Shown here piece by piece: positions 25,801 through 40,800 of a DNA stretch of 64,000 nt. Position 1 is the stretch's first letter. Each line of letters begins with the position of its first letter. The position numbers and the translations under genes were made by a program. The notes below the pieces were generated by a model. The model did not search any database. It was not told where the DNA came from and saw nothing but the letters and a program-made list of their open reading frames with translations. The DNA is taken from the NCBI RefSeq assembly GCF_009914755.1, contig NC_060947.1; one strand, 5' to 3'. Origin of the DNA: the human T2T-CHM13v2.0 reference genome, Homo sapiens.

Positions 25801-28800
25801 AGAATGCTTCCGTTTGCCTTTTATATGAAGTTCCTTCCTATACGACCGTAGGCCTCAAAGCAGTCCAAATCTCCATTTGCAGATTCTACAAAAAGAGTGA
25901 TTCCAATCTGCTCTATCAATAGGATTGTTCAACTCCATGAGTTGAATGCCATCCTCACAAAGTAGTTTCTGAGAATGCTTCTATCTAGTTTTTATGTGAA
26001 GATATTTCCTTTTCCACCACAGGCCTCAAAGCCCTCCAAACGTCCACTTGCAGATTCTCGAAAAAGAGTGTTTCATAGCTGCTCTTTCAAAAGGAAAGTT
26101 CAACTCTGGGAGTTGAATACAAACATCACAAAGTAGTTTCCGAGAATGCTTCTGTTTAGTTTTTATGTGAAGATGATCCCGTTTCCAGTGAAATCTTCAA
26201 AGAGGTCCACATATCCCCTTGCAGATTCCAAAGAAAGAGGGTTTCAAAACTGCTCCATCAGAAGGATTGTTCAACTCTGTGAGTTGAATGCAGTCATCGC
26301 AGAAAACTTTCTGAGAATGCTTCTGTCTAGGTTTGATGTGAAGATATAGACGTTTCAAACGAAGGCTACAAAGTGGTCAAAATATACACTTGCAGATTCT
26401 ACTACAAGGGTGTTGCAAACCTGAACTATCAAAGGAAGGTTCAACTCTGTGAGTTGAATACAAACATCACAAAGAATGTTCTGAGTTTGCTTCCGTTCAG
26501 TTATGGGAAGTTGATCCCGTTTCCAACGAAATCCTCAGAGAGGTCCAAATATCCCCTTGCAGATTCTACAAAACGTGTGTTTGGAAACTGCTCCATCATA
26601 ACGAATGTTCAGCTCCCTGAGTTAAACTCCATCGTCACAAAGAATTTTCTGAGAGTGCTACCGTCTGGTTTTTATATGAAGCTCTTTCCTTCACTACCAC
26701 AGGCCTCAAAGCGGTCCAAATCTCCACTTGCAGATTCTACAAAAAGAGTGTTTGCAAACTGCTCTATCAAAAGGAATGTTCAACTCTGGGAGTTGAATGC
26801 AATCATCACAGAGCAGTTTCTGCGAATGCTTCTATGTCGTTTTTAGGAGAAGATATTTCCTTTTCCAACACAGTCCTCCAAGCCCGCTAAAGAGCCACTT
26901 GCACATTGTAGAAAAAGTGTGTCAAAGCTGCGCTATCAAAGGGAAAGTTCAACTCTGTGAGGTGAATGCAAACATCCCAAAGAAGTTTCTGAGAATGCTT
27001 CCGTTTAGCTTTTAGGTGAAGATTATCCCGTTTCCAACGAAACCTTCAAAGAGGTCCAAATATCCCCTTGCGGATCCCACAGAAAGAGTGTTTCGAAACT
27101 GCTGTTTCAAAAGGAATCTTCAACTCTGTGAGTTGAATGCAATCATCACAAAGAAGTTTCTGACAATGCTTCTCTCTCGTCTTTCTGTGAAGATAAAGGA
27201 AAAGGCTTTCAGGCCTTTTCCACCACAGGCCTGAAAGCGCTCCAAATGTCCACTTGCAGATTCTGCCAAAAGAATATTTCAAAACTGCTCTATGAAAAGC
27301 AATGTTAAACTCTGTGGCTCGAACAAAAACATCACAATGCAGTTTCTGAGAATGCTTCAGTTTAGTTTTTCTGTGGAAATATTCCCGTTTCCAAAGAAAT
27401 CTTCAAAGAGGTCCACGTATCCACTTACAGATTCTACAAAAAGACAGTTTCAAAACTGCTCCATCAAAAGGAGGGTTCAACTGTGTGACTTGAATGCAAT
27501 CATCACTCAGAAGTTTCTGAGATTGCTTCTCTTTAGTTTTTACGTGAACATATACCCGTTTCGAACGAAGGCCACCCAGTGGTCCAAATATCCACTTGCA
27601 GATTCTACAGAAAGAGTGTTTCGAACCTGAACTCTCAAAGGCAGGTTCATCTCTGCGAGTTAAATGCATTCATCATGAAGAACTTTCTCAGAGTGTTTGT
27701 GTTTAGTTATGGGAAATTATTCCCCTTTCCAACGAAATCCTCAGAGAGCTCCAAATATCCACCTGCAGATTCTACCAAAAGTGTATTTGGAAACTGCTCC
27801 ATCAAAAGGCATGTTCAGCTCTGTGAGTGAAACTCCATCATCACAAAGAATATTCTGAGAATGCTTCCGTTTGCCTTTTATATGAAGTTCCTTCCTATAC
27901 GACCGTAGGCCTCAAAGCAGTCCAAATCTCCATTTGCAGATTCTACAAAAAGAGTGATTCCAATCTGCTCTATCAATAGGATTGTTCAACTCCATGAGTT
28001 GAATGCCATCCTCACAAAGTAGTTTCTGAGAATGCTTCTATCTAGTTTTTATGTGAAGATATTTCCTTTTCCACCACAGGCCTCAAAGCCCTCCAAACGT
28101 CCACTTGCAGATTCTCGAAAAAGAGTGTTTCATAGCTGCTCTTTCAAAAGGAAAGTTCAACTCTGGGAGTTGAATACAAACATCACAAAGTAGTTTCCGA
28201 GAATGCTTCTGTTTAGTTTTTATGTGAAGATGATCCCGTTTCCAGTGAAATCTTCAAAGAGGTCCACATATCCCCTTGCAGATTCCAAAGAAAGAGGGTT
28301 TCAAAACTGCTCCATCAGAAGGATTGTTCAACTCTGTGAGTTGAATGCAGTCATCGCAGAAAACTTTCTGAGAATGCTTCTGTCTAGGTTTGATGTGAAG
28401 ATATAGACGTTTCAAACGAAGGCTACAAAGTGGTCAAAATATACACTTGCAGATTCTACTACAAGGGTGTTGCAAACCTGAACTATCAAAGGAAGGTTCA
28501 ACTCTGTGAGTTGAATACAAACATCACAAAGAATGTTCTGAGTTTGCTTCCGTTCAGTTATGGGAAGTTGATCCCGTTTCCAACGAAATCCTCAGAGAGG
28601 TCCAAATATCCCCTTGCAGATTCTACAAAACGTGTGTTTGGAAACTGCTCCATCATAACGAATGTTCAGCTCCCTGAGTTAAACTCCATCGTCACAAAGA
28701 ATTTTCTGAGAGTGCTACCGTCTGGTTTTTATATGAAGCTCTTTCCTTCACTACCACAGGCCTCAAAGCGGTCCAAATCTCCACTTGCAGATTCTACAAA

Positions 28801-31800
28801 AAGAGTGTTTGCAAACTGCTCTATCAAAAGGAATGTTCAACTCTGGGAGTTGAATGCAATCATCACAGAGCAGTTTCTGAGAATGCTTCTATGTCGTTTT
28901 TAGGAGAAGATATTTCCTTTTCCAACACAGTCCTCCAAGCCCGCTAAATAGCCACTTGCACATTGTAGAAAAAGTGTGTCAAAGCTGCGCTATCAAAGGG
29001 AAAGTTCAACTCTGTGAGGTGAATGCAAACATCCCAAAGAAGTTTCTGAGAATGCTTCCGTTTAGCTTTTAGGTGAAGATTATCCCGTTTCCAACGAAAC
29101 CTTCAAAGAGGTCCAAATATCCCCTTGCGGATCCCACAGAAAGAGTGTTTCGAAACTGCTGTTTCAAAAGGAATCTTCAACTCTGTGAGTTGAATGCAAT
29201 CATCACAAAGAAGTTTCTGACAATGCTTCTCTCTCGTCTTTCTGTGAAGATAAAGGAAAAGGCTTTCAGGCCTTTTCCACCACAGGCCTGAAAGCGCTCC
29301 AAATGTCCACTTGCAGATTCTGCCAAAAGAATATTTCAAAACTGCTCTATGAAAAGCAATGTTAAACTCTGTGGCTCGAACACAAACATCACAATGCAGT
29401 TTCTGAGAATGCTTCAGTTTAGTTTTTCTGTGGAAATATTCCCGTTTCCAAAGAAATCTTCAAAGAGGTCCACGTATCCACTTACAGATTCTACAAAAAG
29501 ACAGTTTCAAAACTGCTCCATCAAAAGGAGGGTTCAACTGTGTGACTTGAATGCAATCATCACTCACAAGTTTCTGAGATTGCTTCTCTTTAGTTTTTAA
29601 GTGAACATATACCCGTTTCGAACGAAGGCCAGCCAGTGGTCCAAATATCCACTTGCAGATTCTACAGAAAGAGTGTTTCGAACCTGAACTCTCAAAGGCA
29701 GGTTCATCTCTGCGAGTTAAATGCATTCATCATGAAGAACTTTCTCAGAGTGTTTGTGTTTAGTTATGGGAAATTATTCCCCTTTCCAACGAAATCCTCA
29801 GAGAGCTCCAAATATCCACCTGCAGATTCTACCAAAAGTGTATTTGGAAACTGCTCCATCAAAAGGCATGTTCAGCTCTGTGAGTGAAACTCCATCATCA
29901 CAAAGAATATTCTGAGAATGCTTCCGTTTGCCTTTTATATGAAGTTCCTTCCTATACGACCGTAGGCCTCAAAGCAGTCCAAATCTCCATTTGCAGATTC
30001 TACAAAAAGAGTGATTCCAATCTGCTCTATCAATAGGATTGTTCAACTCCATGAGTTGAATGCCATCCTCACAAAGTCGTTTCTGAGAATGCTTCTATCT
30101 AGTTTTTATGTGAAGATATTTCCTTTTCCACCACAGGCCTCAAAGCCCTCCAAACGTCCACTTGCAGATTCTCGAAAAAGAGTGTTTCATAGCTGCTCTT
30201 TCAAAAGGAAAGTTCAACTCTGGGAGTTGAATACAAACATCACAAAGTAGTTTCCGAGAATGCTTCTGTTTAGTTTTTATGTGAAGATGATCCCGTTTCC
30301 AGTGAAATCTTCAAAGAGGTCCACATATCCCCTTGCAGATTCCAAAGAAAGAGGGTTTCAAAACTGCTCCATCAGAAGGATTGTTCAACTCTGTGAGTTG
30401 AATGCAGTCATCGCAGAAAACTTTCTGAGAATGCTTCTGTCTAGGTTTGATGTGAAGATATAGACGTTTCAAACGAAGGCTACAAAGTGGTCAAAATATA
30501 CACTTGCAGATTCTACTACAAGGGTGTTGCAAACCTGAACTATCAAAGGAAGGTTCAACTCTGTGAGTTGAATACAAACATCACAAAGAATGTTCTGAGT
30601 TTGCTTCCGTTCAGTTATGGGAAGTTGATCCCGTTTCCAACGAAATCCTCAGAGAGGTCCAAATATCCCCTTGCAGATTCTACAAAACGTGTGTTTGGAA
30701 ACTGCTCCATCATAACGAATGTTCAGCTCCCTGAGTTAAACTCCATCGTCACAAAGAATTTTCTGAGAGTGCTACCGTCTGGTTTTTATATGAAGCTCTT
30801 TCCTTCACTACCACAGGCCTCAAAGCGGTCCAAATCTCCACTTGCAGATTCTACAAAAAGAGTGTTTGCAAACTGCTCTATCAAAAGGAATGTTCAACTC
30901 TGGGAGTTGAATGCAATCATCACAGAGCAGTTTCTGAGAATGCTTCTATGTCGTTTTTAGGAGAAGATATTTCCTTTTCCAACACAGTCCTCCAAGCCCG
31001 CTAAATAGCCACTTGCACATTGTAGAAAAAGTGTGTCAAAGCTGCGCTATCAAAGGGAAAGTTCAACTCTGTGAGGTGAATGCAAACATCCCAAAGAAGT
31101 TTCTGAGAATGCTTCCGTTTAGCTTTTAGGTGAAGATTATCCCGTTTCCAACGAAACCTTCAAAGAGGTCCAAATATCCCCTTGCGGATCCCACAGAAAG
31201 AGTGTTTCGAAACTGCTGTTTCAAAAGGAATCTTCAACTCTGTGAGTTGAATGCAATCATCACAAAGAAGTTTCTGACAATGCTTCTCTCTCGTCTTTCT
31301 GTGAAGATAAAGGAAAAGGCTTTCAGGCCTTTTCCACCACAGGCCTGAAAGCGCTCCAAATGTCCACTTGCAGATTCTGCCAAAAGAATATTTCAAAACT
31401 GCTCTATGAAAAGCAATGTTAAACTCTGTGGTTCGAACACAAACATCACAAAGCGGTTTCTGAGAATGCTTCAGTTTAGTTTTTCTGTGGAAATATTCCC
31501 GTTTCCAAAGAAATCTTCAAAGAGGTCCACGTATCCACTTACAGATTCTACAAAAAGACAGTTTCAAAACTGCTCCATCAAAAGGAGGGTTCAACTGTGT
31601 GACTTGAATGCAATCATCACTCACAAGTTTCTGAGAATGCTTCTCTTTAGTTTTTAAGTGAACATATACACGTTTCGAACGAAGGCCAGCCAGTGGTCCA
31701 AATATCCACTTGCAGATTCTACAGAAAGAGTGTTTCGAACCTGAACTCTCAAAGGCAGGTTCATCTCTGCGAGTTAAATGCATTCATCATGAAGAACTTT

Positions 31801-34800
31801 CTCAGAGTGTTTGTGTTTAGTTATGGGAAATTATTCCCGTTTCCAACGAAATCCTCAGAGAGCTCCAAATATCCACCTGCAGATTCTACCAAAAGTGTAT
31901 TTGGAAACTGCTCCATCAAAAGGCATGTTCAGCTCTGTGAGTGAAACTCCATCATCACAAAGAATATTCTGAGAATGCTTCCGTTTGCCTTTTATATGAA
32001 GTTCCTTCCTATACGACCGTAGGCCTCAAAGCAGTCCAAATCTCCATTTGCAGATTCTACAAAAAGAGTGATTCCAATCTGCTCTATCAATAGGATTGTT
32101 CAACTCCATGAGTTGAATGCCATCCTCACAAAGTAGTTTCTGAGAATGCTTCTATCTAGTTTTTATGTGAAGATATTTCCTTTTCCACCACAGGCCTCAA
32201 AGCCCTCCAAACGTCCACTTGCAGATTCTCGAAAAAGAGTGTTTCATAGCTGCTCTTTCAAAAGGAAAGTTCAACTCTGGGAGTTGAATACAAACATCAC
32301 AAAGTAGTTTCCGAGAATGCTTCTGTTTAGTTTTTATGTGAAGATGATCCCGTTTCCAGTGAAATCTTCAAAGAGGTCCACATATCCCCTTGCAGATTCC
32401 AAAGAAAGAGGGTTTCAAAACTGCTCCATCAGAAGGATTGTTCAACTCTGTGAGTTGAATGCAGTCATCGCAGAAAACTTTCTGAGAATGCTTCTGTCTA
32501 GGTTTGATGTGAAGATATAGACGTTTCAAACGAAGGCTACAAAGTGTTCAAAATATACACTTGCAGATTCTACTACAAGGGTGTTGCAAACCTGAACTAT
32601 CAAAGGAAGGTTCAACTCTGTGAGTTGAATACAAACATCACAAAGAATGTTCTGAGTTTGCTTCCGTTCAGTTATGGGAAGTTGATCCCGTTTCCAACGA
32701 AATCCTCAGAGAGGTCCAAATATCCCCTTGCAGATTCTACAAAACGTGTGTTTGGAAACTGCTCCATCATAACGAATGTTCAGCTCCCTGAGTTAAACTC
32801 CATCGTCACAAAGAATTTTCTGAGAGTGCTACCGTCTGGTTTTTATATGAAGCTCTTTCCTTCACTACCACAGACCTCAAAGCGGTCCAAATCTCCACTT
32901 GCAGATTCTACAAAAAGAGTGTTTGCAAACTGCTCTATCAAAAGGAATGTTCAACTCTGGGAGTTGAATGCAATCATCACACAGCAGTTTCTGAGAATGC
33001 TTCTATGTCGTTTTTAGGAGAAGATATTTCCTTTTCCAACACAGTCCTCCAAGCTCGCTAAATAGCCACTTGCACATTGTAGAAAAAGTGTGTCAAAGCT
33101 GCGCTATCAAAGGGAAAGTTCAACTCTGTGAGGTGAATGCAAACATCCCAAAGAAGTTTCTGAGAATGCTTCCGTTTAGCTTTTAGGTGAAGATTATCCC
33201 GTTTCCAACGAAACCTTCAAAGAGGTCCAAATATCCCCTTGCGGATCCCACAGAAAGAGTGTTTCGAAACTGCTGTTTCAAAAGGAATCTTCAACTCTGT
33301 GAGTTGAATGCAATCATCACAAAGAAGTTTCTGACAATGCTTCTCTCTCGTCTTTCTGTGAAGATAAAGGAAAAGGCTTTCAGGCCTTTTCCACCACAGG
33401 CCTGAAATCGCTCCAAATGTCCACTTGCAGATTCTGCCAAAAGAATATTTCAAAACTGCTCTATGAAAAGCAATGTTAAACTCTGTGGCTCGAACACAAA
33501 CATCACAAAGCAGTTTCTGAGAATGCTTCAGTTTAGTTTTTCTGTGGAAATATTCCCGTTTCCAAAGAAATCTTCAAAGAGGTCCACGTATCCACTTACA
33601 GATTCTACAAAAAGACAGTTTCAAAACTGCTCCATCAAAAGGAGGGTTCAACTGTGTGACTTGAATGCAATCATCACTCAGAAGTTTCTGAGAATGCTTC
33701 TCTTTAGTTTTTACGTGAACATATACCCGTTTCGAACGAAGGCCAGCCAGTGGTCCAAATATCCACTTGCAGATTCTACAGAAAGAGTGTTTCGAACCTG
33801 AACTCTCAAAGGCAGGTTCATCTCTGCGAGTTAAATGCATTCATCATGAAGAACTTTCTCAGAGTGTTTGTGTTTAGTTATGGGAAATTATTCCCGTTTC
33901 CAACGAAATCCTCAGAGAGCTCCAAATATCCACCTGCAGATTCTACCAAAAGTGTATTTGGAAACTGCTCCATCAAAAGGCATGTTCAGCTCTGTGAGTG
34001 AAACTCCATCATCACAAAGAATATTCTGAGAATGCTTCCGTTTGCCTTTTATATGAAGTTCCTTCCTATACGACCGTAGGCCTCAAAGCAGTCCAAATCT
34101 CCATTTGCAGATTCTACAAAAAGAGTGATTCCAATCTGCTCTATCAATAGGATTGTTCAACTCCATGAGTTGAATGCCATCCTCACAAAGTCGTTTCTGA
34201 GAATGCTTCTATCTAGTTTTTATGTGAAGATATTTCCTTTTCCACCACAGGCCTCAAAGCCCTCCAAACGTCCACTTGCAGATTCTCGAAAAAGAGTGTT
34301 TCATAGCTGCTCTTTCAAAAGGAAAGTTCAACTCTGGGAGTTGAATACAAACATCACAAAGTAGTTTCCGAGAATGCTTCTGTTTAGTTTTTATGTGAAG
34401 ATGATCCCGTTTCCAGTGAAATCTTCAAAGAGGTCCACATATCCCCTTGCAGATTCCAAAGAAAGAGGGTTTCAAAACTGCTCCATCAGAAGGATTGTTC
34501 AACTCTGTGAGTTGAATGCAGTCATCGCAGAAAACTTTCTGAGAATGCTTCTGTCTAGGTTTGATGTGAAGATATAGACGTTTCAAACGAAGGCTACAAA
34601 GTGGTCAAAATATACACTTGCAGATTCTACTACAAGGGTGTTGCAAACCTGAACTATCAAAGGAAAGTTCAACTCTGTGAGTTGAATACAAACATCACAA
34701 AGAATGTTCTGAGTTTGCTTCCGTTCAGTTATGGGAAGTTGATCCCGTTTCCAACGAAATCCTCAGAGAGGTCCAAATATCCCCTTGCAGATTCTACAAA

Positions 34801-37800
34801 ACGTGTGTTTGGAAACTGCTCCATCATAACGAATGTTCAGCTCCCTGAGTTAAACTCCATCGTCACAAAGAATTTTCTGAGAGTGCTACCGTCTGGTTTT
34901 TATATGAAGTTCTTTCCTTCACTACCACAGACCTCAAAGCGGTCCAAATCTCCACTTGCAGATTCTACAAAAAGAGTGTTTGCAAACTGCTCTATCAAAA
35001 GGAATGTTCAACTCTGGGAGTTGAATGCAATCATCACAGAGCAGTTTCTGAGAATGCTTCTATGTCGTTTTTAGGAGAAGATATTTCCTTTTCCAACACA
35101 GTCCTCCAAGCCCGCTAAATAGCCACTTGCACATTGTAGAAAAAGTGTGTCAAAGCTGCGCTATCAAAGGGAAAGTTCAACTCTGTGAGGTGAATGCAAA
35201 CATCCCAAAGAAGTTTCTGAGAATGCTTCCGTTTAGCTTTTAGGTGAAGATTATCCCGTTTCCAACGAAACCTTCAAAGAGGTCCAAATATCCCCTTGCG
35301 GATCCCACAGAAAGAGTGTTTCGAAACTGCTGTTTCAAAAGGAATCTTCAACTCTGTGAGTTGAATGCAATCATCACAAAGAAGTTTCTGACAATGCTTC
35401 TCTCTCGTCTTTCTGTGAAGATAAAGGAAAAGGCTTTCAGGCCTTTTCCACCACAGGCCTGAAAGCGCTCCAAATGTCCACTTGCAGATTCTGCCAAAAG
35501 AATATTTCAAAACTGCTCTATGAAAAGCAATGTTAAACTCTGTGGCTCGAACACAAACATCACAAAGCGGTTTCTGAGAATGCTTCAGTTTAGTTTTTCT
35601 GTGGAAATATTCCCGTTTCCAAAGAAATCTTCAAAGAGGTCCACGTATCCACTTACAGATTCTACAAAAAGACAGTTTCAAAACTGCTCCATCAAAAGGA
35701 GGGTTCAACTGTGTGACTTGAATGCAATCATCACTCAGAAGTTTCTGAGAATGCTTCTCTTTAGTTTTTACGTGAACATATAGCCGTTTCGAACGAAGGC
35801 CACCCAGTGGTCCAAATATCCACTTGCAGATTCTACAGAAAGAGTGTTTCGAACCTGAACTCTCAAAGGCAGGTTCATCTCTGCGAGTTAAATGCATTCA
35901 TCATGAAGAACTTTCTCAGAGTGTTTGTGTTTAGTTATGGGAAATTATTCCCGTTTCCAACGAAATCCTCAGAGAGCTCCAAATATCCACCTGCAGATTC
36001 TACCAAAAGTGTATTTGGAAACTGCTCCATCAAAAGGCATGTTCAGCTCTGTGAGTGAAACTCCATCATCACAAAGAATATTCTGAGAATGCTTCCGTTT
36101 GCCTTTTATATGAAGTTCTTTCCTATACGACCGTAGGCCTCAAAGCAGTCCAAATCTCCATTTGCAGATTCTACAAAAAGAGTGATTCCAATCTGCTCTA
36201 TCAATAGGATTGTTCAACTCCATGAGTTGAATGCCATCCTCACAAAGTCGTTTCTGAGAATGCTTCTATCTAGTTTTTATGTGAAGATATTTCCTTTTCC
36301 ACCACAGGCCTCAAAGCCCTCCAAACGTCCACTTGCAGATTCTCGAAAAAGAGTGTTTCATAGCTGCTCTTTCAAAAGGAAAGTTCAACTCTGGGAGTTG
36401 AATACAAACATCACAAAGTAGTTTCCGAGAATGCTTCTGTTTAGTTTTTATGTGAAGATGATCCCGTTTCCAGTGAAATCTTCAAAGAGGTCCACATATC
36501 CCCTTGCAGATTCCAAAGAAAGAGGGTTTCAAAACTGCTCCATCAGAAGGATTGTTCAACTCTGTGAGTTGAATGCAGTCATCGCAGAAAACTTTCTGAG
36601 AATGCTTCTGTCTAGGTTTGATGTGAAGATATAGACGTTTCAAACGAAGGCTACAAAGTGGTCAAAATATACACTTGCAGATTCTACTACAAGGGTGTTG
36701 CAAACCTGAACTATCAAAGGAAGGTTCAACTCTGTGAGTTGAATACAAACATCACAAAGAATGTTCTGAGTTTGCTTCCGTTCAGTTATGGGAAGTTGAT
36801 CCCGTTTCCAACGAAATCCTCAGAGAGGTCCAAATATCCCCTTGCAGATTCTACAAAACGTGTGTTTGGAAACTGCTCCATCATAACGAATGTTCAGCTC
36901 CCTGAGTTAAACTCCATCGTCACAAAGAATTTTCTGAGAGTGCTACCGTCTGGTTTTTATATGAAGCTCTTTCCTTCACTACCACAGGCCTCAAAGCGGT
37001 CCAAATCTCCACTTGCAGATTCTACAAAAAGAGTGTTTGCAAACTGCTCTATCAAAAGGAATGTTCAACTCTGGGAGTTGAATGCAATCATCACAGAGCA
37101 GTTTCTGAGAATGCTTCTATGTCGTTTTTAGGAGAAGATATTTCCTTTTCCAACACAGTCCTCCAAGCCCGCTAAAGAGCCACTTGCACATTGTAGAAAA
37201 AGTGTGTCAAAGCTGCGCTATCAAAGGGAAAGTTCAACTCTGTGAGGTGAATGCAAACATCCCAAAGAAGTTTCTGAGAATGCTTCCGTTTAGCTTTTAG
37301 GTGAAGATTATCCCGTTTCCAACGAAACCTTCAAAGAGGTCCAAATATCCCCTTGCGGATCCCACAGAAAGAGTGTTTCGAAACTGCTGTTTCAAAAGGA
37401 ATCTTCAACTCTGTGAGTTGAATGCAATCATCACAAAGAAGTTTCTGACAATGCTTCTCTCTCGTCTTTCTGTGAAGATAAAGGAAAAGGCTTTCAGGCC
37501 TTTTCCACCACAGGCCTGAAAGCGCTCCAAATGTCCACTTGCAGATTCTGCGAAAAGAATATTTCAAAACTGCTCTATGAAAAGCAATGTTAAACTCTGT
37601 GGCTCGAACACAAACATCACAAAGCTGTTTCTGAGAATGCTTCAGTTTAGTTTTTCTGTGGAAATATTCCCGTTTCCAAAGAAATCTTCAAAGAGGTCCA
37701 CGTATCCACTTACAGATTCTACAAAAAGACAGTTTCAAAACTGCTCCATCAAAAGGAGGGTTCAACTGTGTGACTTGAATGCAATCATCACTCAGAAGTT

Positions 37801-40800
37801 TCTGAGAATGCTTCTCTTTAGTTTTTACGTGAACATATACCCGTTTCAAACGAAGGCCAGCCAGTGGTCCAAATATCCACTTGCAGATTCTACAGAAAGA
37901 GTGTTTCGAACCTGAACTCTCAAAGGCAGGTTCATCTCTGAGAGTTCAATGCATTCATCATGAAGAACTTTCTCAGAGTGTTTGTGTTTAGTTATGGGAA
38001 ATTATTCCCGTTTCCAACGAAATCCTCAGAGAGCTCCAAATATCCACCTGCAGATTCTACCAAAAGTGTATTTGGAAACTGCTCCATCAAAAGGCATGTT
38101 CAGCTCTGTGAGTGAAACTCCATCATCACAAAGAATATTCTGAGAATGCTTCCGTTTGCCTTTTATATGAAGTTCCTTCCTATACGACCGTAGGCCTCAA
38201 AGCAGTCCAAATCTCCATTTGCAGATTCTACAAAAAGAGTGATTCCAATCTGCTCTATCAATAGGATTGTTCAACTCCATGAGTTGAATGCCATCCTCAC
38301 AAAGTCGTTTCTGAGAATGCTTCTATCTAGTTTTTATGTGAAGATATTTCCTTTTCCACCACAGGCCTCAAAGCCCTCCAAACGTCCACTTGCAGATTCT
38401 CGAAAAAGAGTGTTTCATAGCTGCTCTTTCAAAAGGAAAGTTCAACTCTGGGAGTTGAATACAAACATCACAAAGTAGTTTCCGAGAATGCTTCTGTTTA
38501 GTTTTTATGTGAAGATGATCCCGTTTCCAGTGAAATCTTCAAAGAGGTCCACATATCCCCTTGCAGATTCCAAAGAAAGAGGGTTTCAAAACTGCTCCAT
38601 CAGAAGGATTGTTCAACTCTGTGAGTTGAATGCAGTCATCGCAGAAAACTTTCTGAGAATGCTTCTGTCTAGGTTTGATGTGAAGATATAGACGTTTCAA
38701 ACGAAGGCTACAAAGTGGTCAAAATATACACTTGCAGATTCTACTACAAGGGTGTTGCAAACCTGAACTATCAAAGGAAGGTTCAACTCTGTGAGTTGAA
38801 TACAAACATCACAAAGAATGTTCTGAGTTTGCTTCCGTTCAGTTATGGGAAGTTGATCCCGTTTCCAACGAAATCCTCAGAGAGGTCCAAATATCCCCTT
38901 GCAGATTCTACAAAACGTGTGTTTGGAAACTGCTCCATCATAACGAATGTTCAGCTCCCTGAGTTAAACTCCATCGTCACAAAGAATTTTCTGAGAGTGC
39001 TACCGTCTGGTTTTTATATGAAGCTCTTTCCTTCACTACCACAGGCCTCAAAGCGGTCCAAATCTCCACTTGCAGATTCTACAAAAAGAGTGTTTGCAAA
39101 CTGCTCTATCAAAAGGAATGTTCAACTCTGGGAGTTGAATGCAATCATCACAGAGCAGTTTCTGAGAATGCTTCTATGTCGTTTTTAGGAGAAGATATTT
39201 CCTTTTCCAACACAGTCCTCCAAGCCCGCTAAAGAGCCACTTGCACATTGTAGAAAAAGTGTGTCAAAGCTGCGCTATCAAAGGGAAAGTTCAACTCTGT
39301 GAGGTGAATGCAAACATCCCAAAGAAGTTTCTGAGAATGCTTCCGTTTAGCTTTTAGGTGAAGATTATCCCGTTTCCAACGAAACCTTCAAAGAGGTCCA
39401 AATATCCCCTTGCGGATCCCACAGAAAGAGTGTTTTGAAACTGCTGTTTCAAAAGGAATCTTCAACTCTGTGAGTTGAATGCAATCATCACAAAGAAGTT
39501 TCTGACAATGCTTCTCTCTCGTCTTTCTGTGAAGATAAAGGAAAAGGCTTTCAGGCCTTTTCCACCACAGGCCTGAAAGCGCTCCAAATGTCCACTTGCA
39601 GATTCTGCGAAAAGAATATTTCAAAACTGCTCTATGAAAAGCAATGTTAAACTCTGTGGCTCGAACACAAACATCACAAAGCGGTTTCTGAGAATGCTTC
39701 AGTTTAGTTTTTCTGTGGAAATATTCCCGTTTCCAAAGAAATCTTCAAAGAGGTCCACGTATCCACTTACAGATTCTACAAAAAGACAGTTTCAAAACTG
39801 CTCCATCAAAAGGAGGGTTCAACTGTGTGACTTGAATGCAATCATCACTCAGAAGTTTCTGAGAATGCTTCTCTTTAGTTTTTACGTGAACATATACCCG
39901 TTTCAAACGAAGGCCAGCCAGTGGTCCAAATATCCACTTGCAGATTCTACAGAAAGAGTGTTTCGAACCTGAACTCTCAAAGGCAGGTTCATCTCTGCGA
40001 TTTAAATGCATTCATCATGAAGAACTTTCTCAGAGTGTTTGTGTTTAGTTATGGGAAATTATTCCCGTTTCCAACGAAATCCTCAGAGAGCTCCAAATAT
40101 CCACCTGCAGATTCTACCAAAAGTGTATTTGGAAACTGCTCCATCAAAAGGCATGTTCAGCTCTGTGAGTGAAACTCCATCATCACAAAGAATATTCTGA
40201 GAATGCTTCCGTTTGCCTTTTATATGAAGTTCCTTCCTATACGACCGTAGGCCTCAAAGCAGTCCAAATCTCCATTTGCAGATTCTACAAAAAGAGTGAT
40301 TCCAATCTGCTCTATCAATAGGATTGTTCAACTCCATGAGTTGAATGCCATCCTCACAAAGTCGTTTCTGAGAATGCTTCTATCTAGTTTTTATGTGAAG
40401 ATATTTCCTTTTCCACCACAGGCCTCAAAGCCCTCCAAACGTCCACTTGCAGATTCTCGAAAAAGAGTGTTTCATAGCTGCTCTTTCAAAAGGAAAGTTC
40501 AACTCTGGGAGTTGAATACAAACATCACAAAGTAGTTTCCGAGAATGCTTCTGTTTAGTTTTTATGTGAAGATGATCCCGTTTCCAGTGAAATCTTCAAA
40601 GAGGTCCACATATCCCCTTGCAGATTCCAAAGAAAGAGGGTTTCCAAACTGCTCCATCAGAAGGATTGTTCAACTCTGTGAGTTGAATGCAGTCATCGCA
40701 GAAAACTTTCTGAGAATGCTTCTGTCTAGGTTTGATGTGAAGATATAGACGTTTCAAACGAAGGCTACAAAGTGGTCAAAATATACACTTGCAGATTCTA

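Noticed and set aside
26797-27015. ORF unique to copy 14 suggesting inserted sequence
   Set aside because: It arises from point substitutions that remove stop codons (e.g. 26823, 26892). Phase and sequence remain ordinary HOR.
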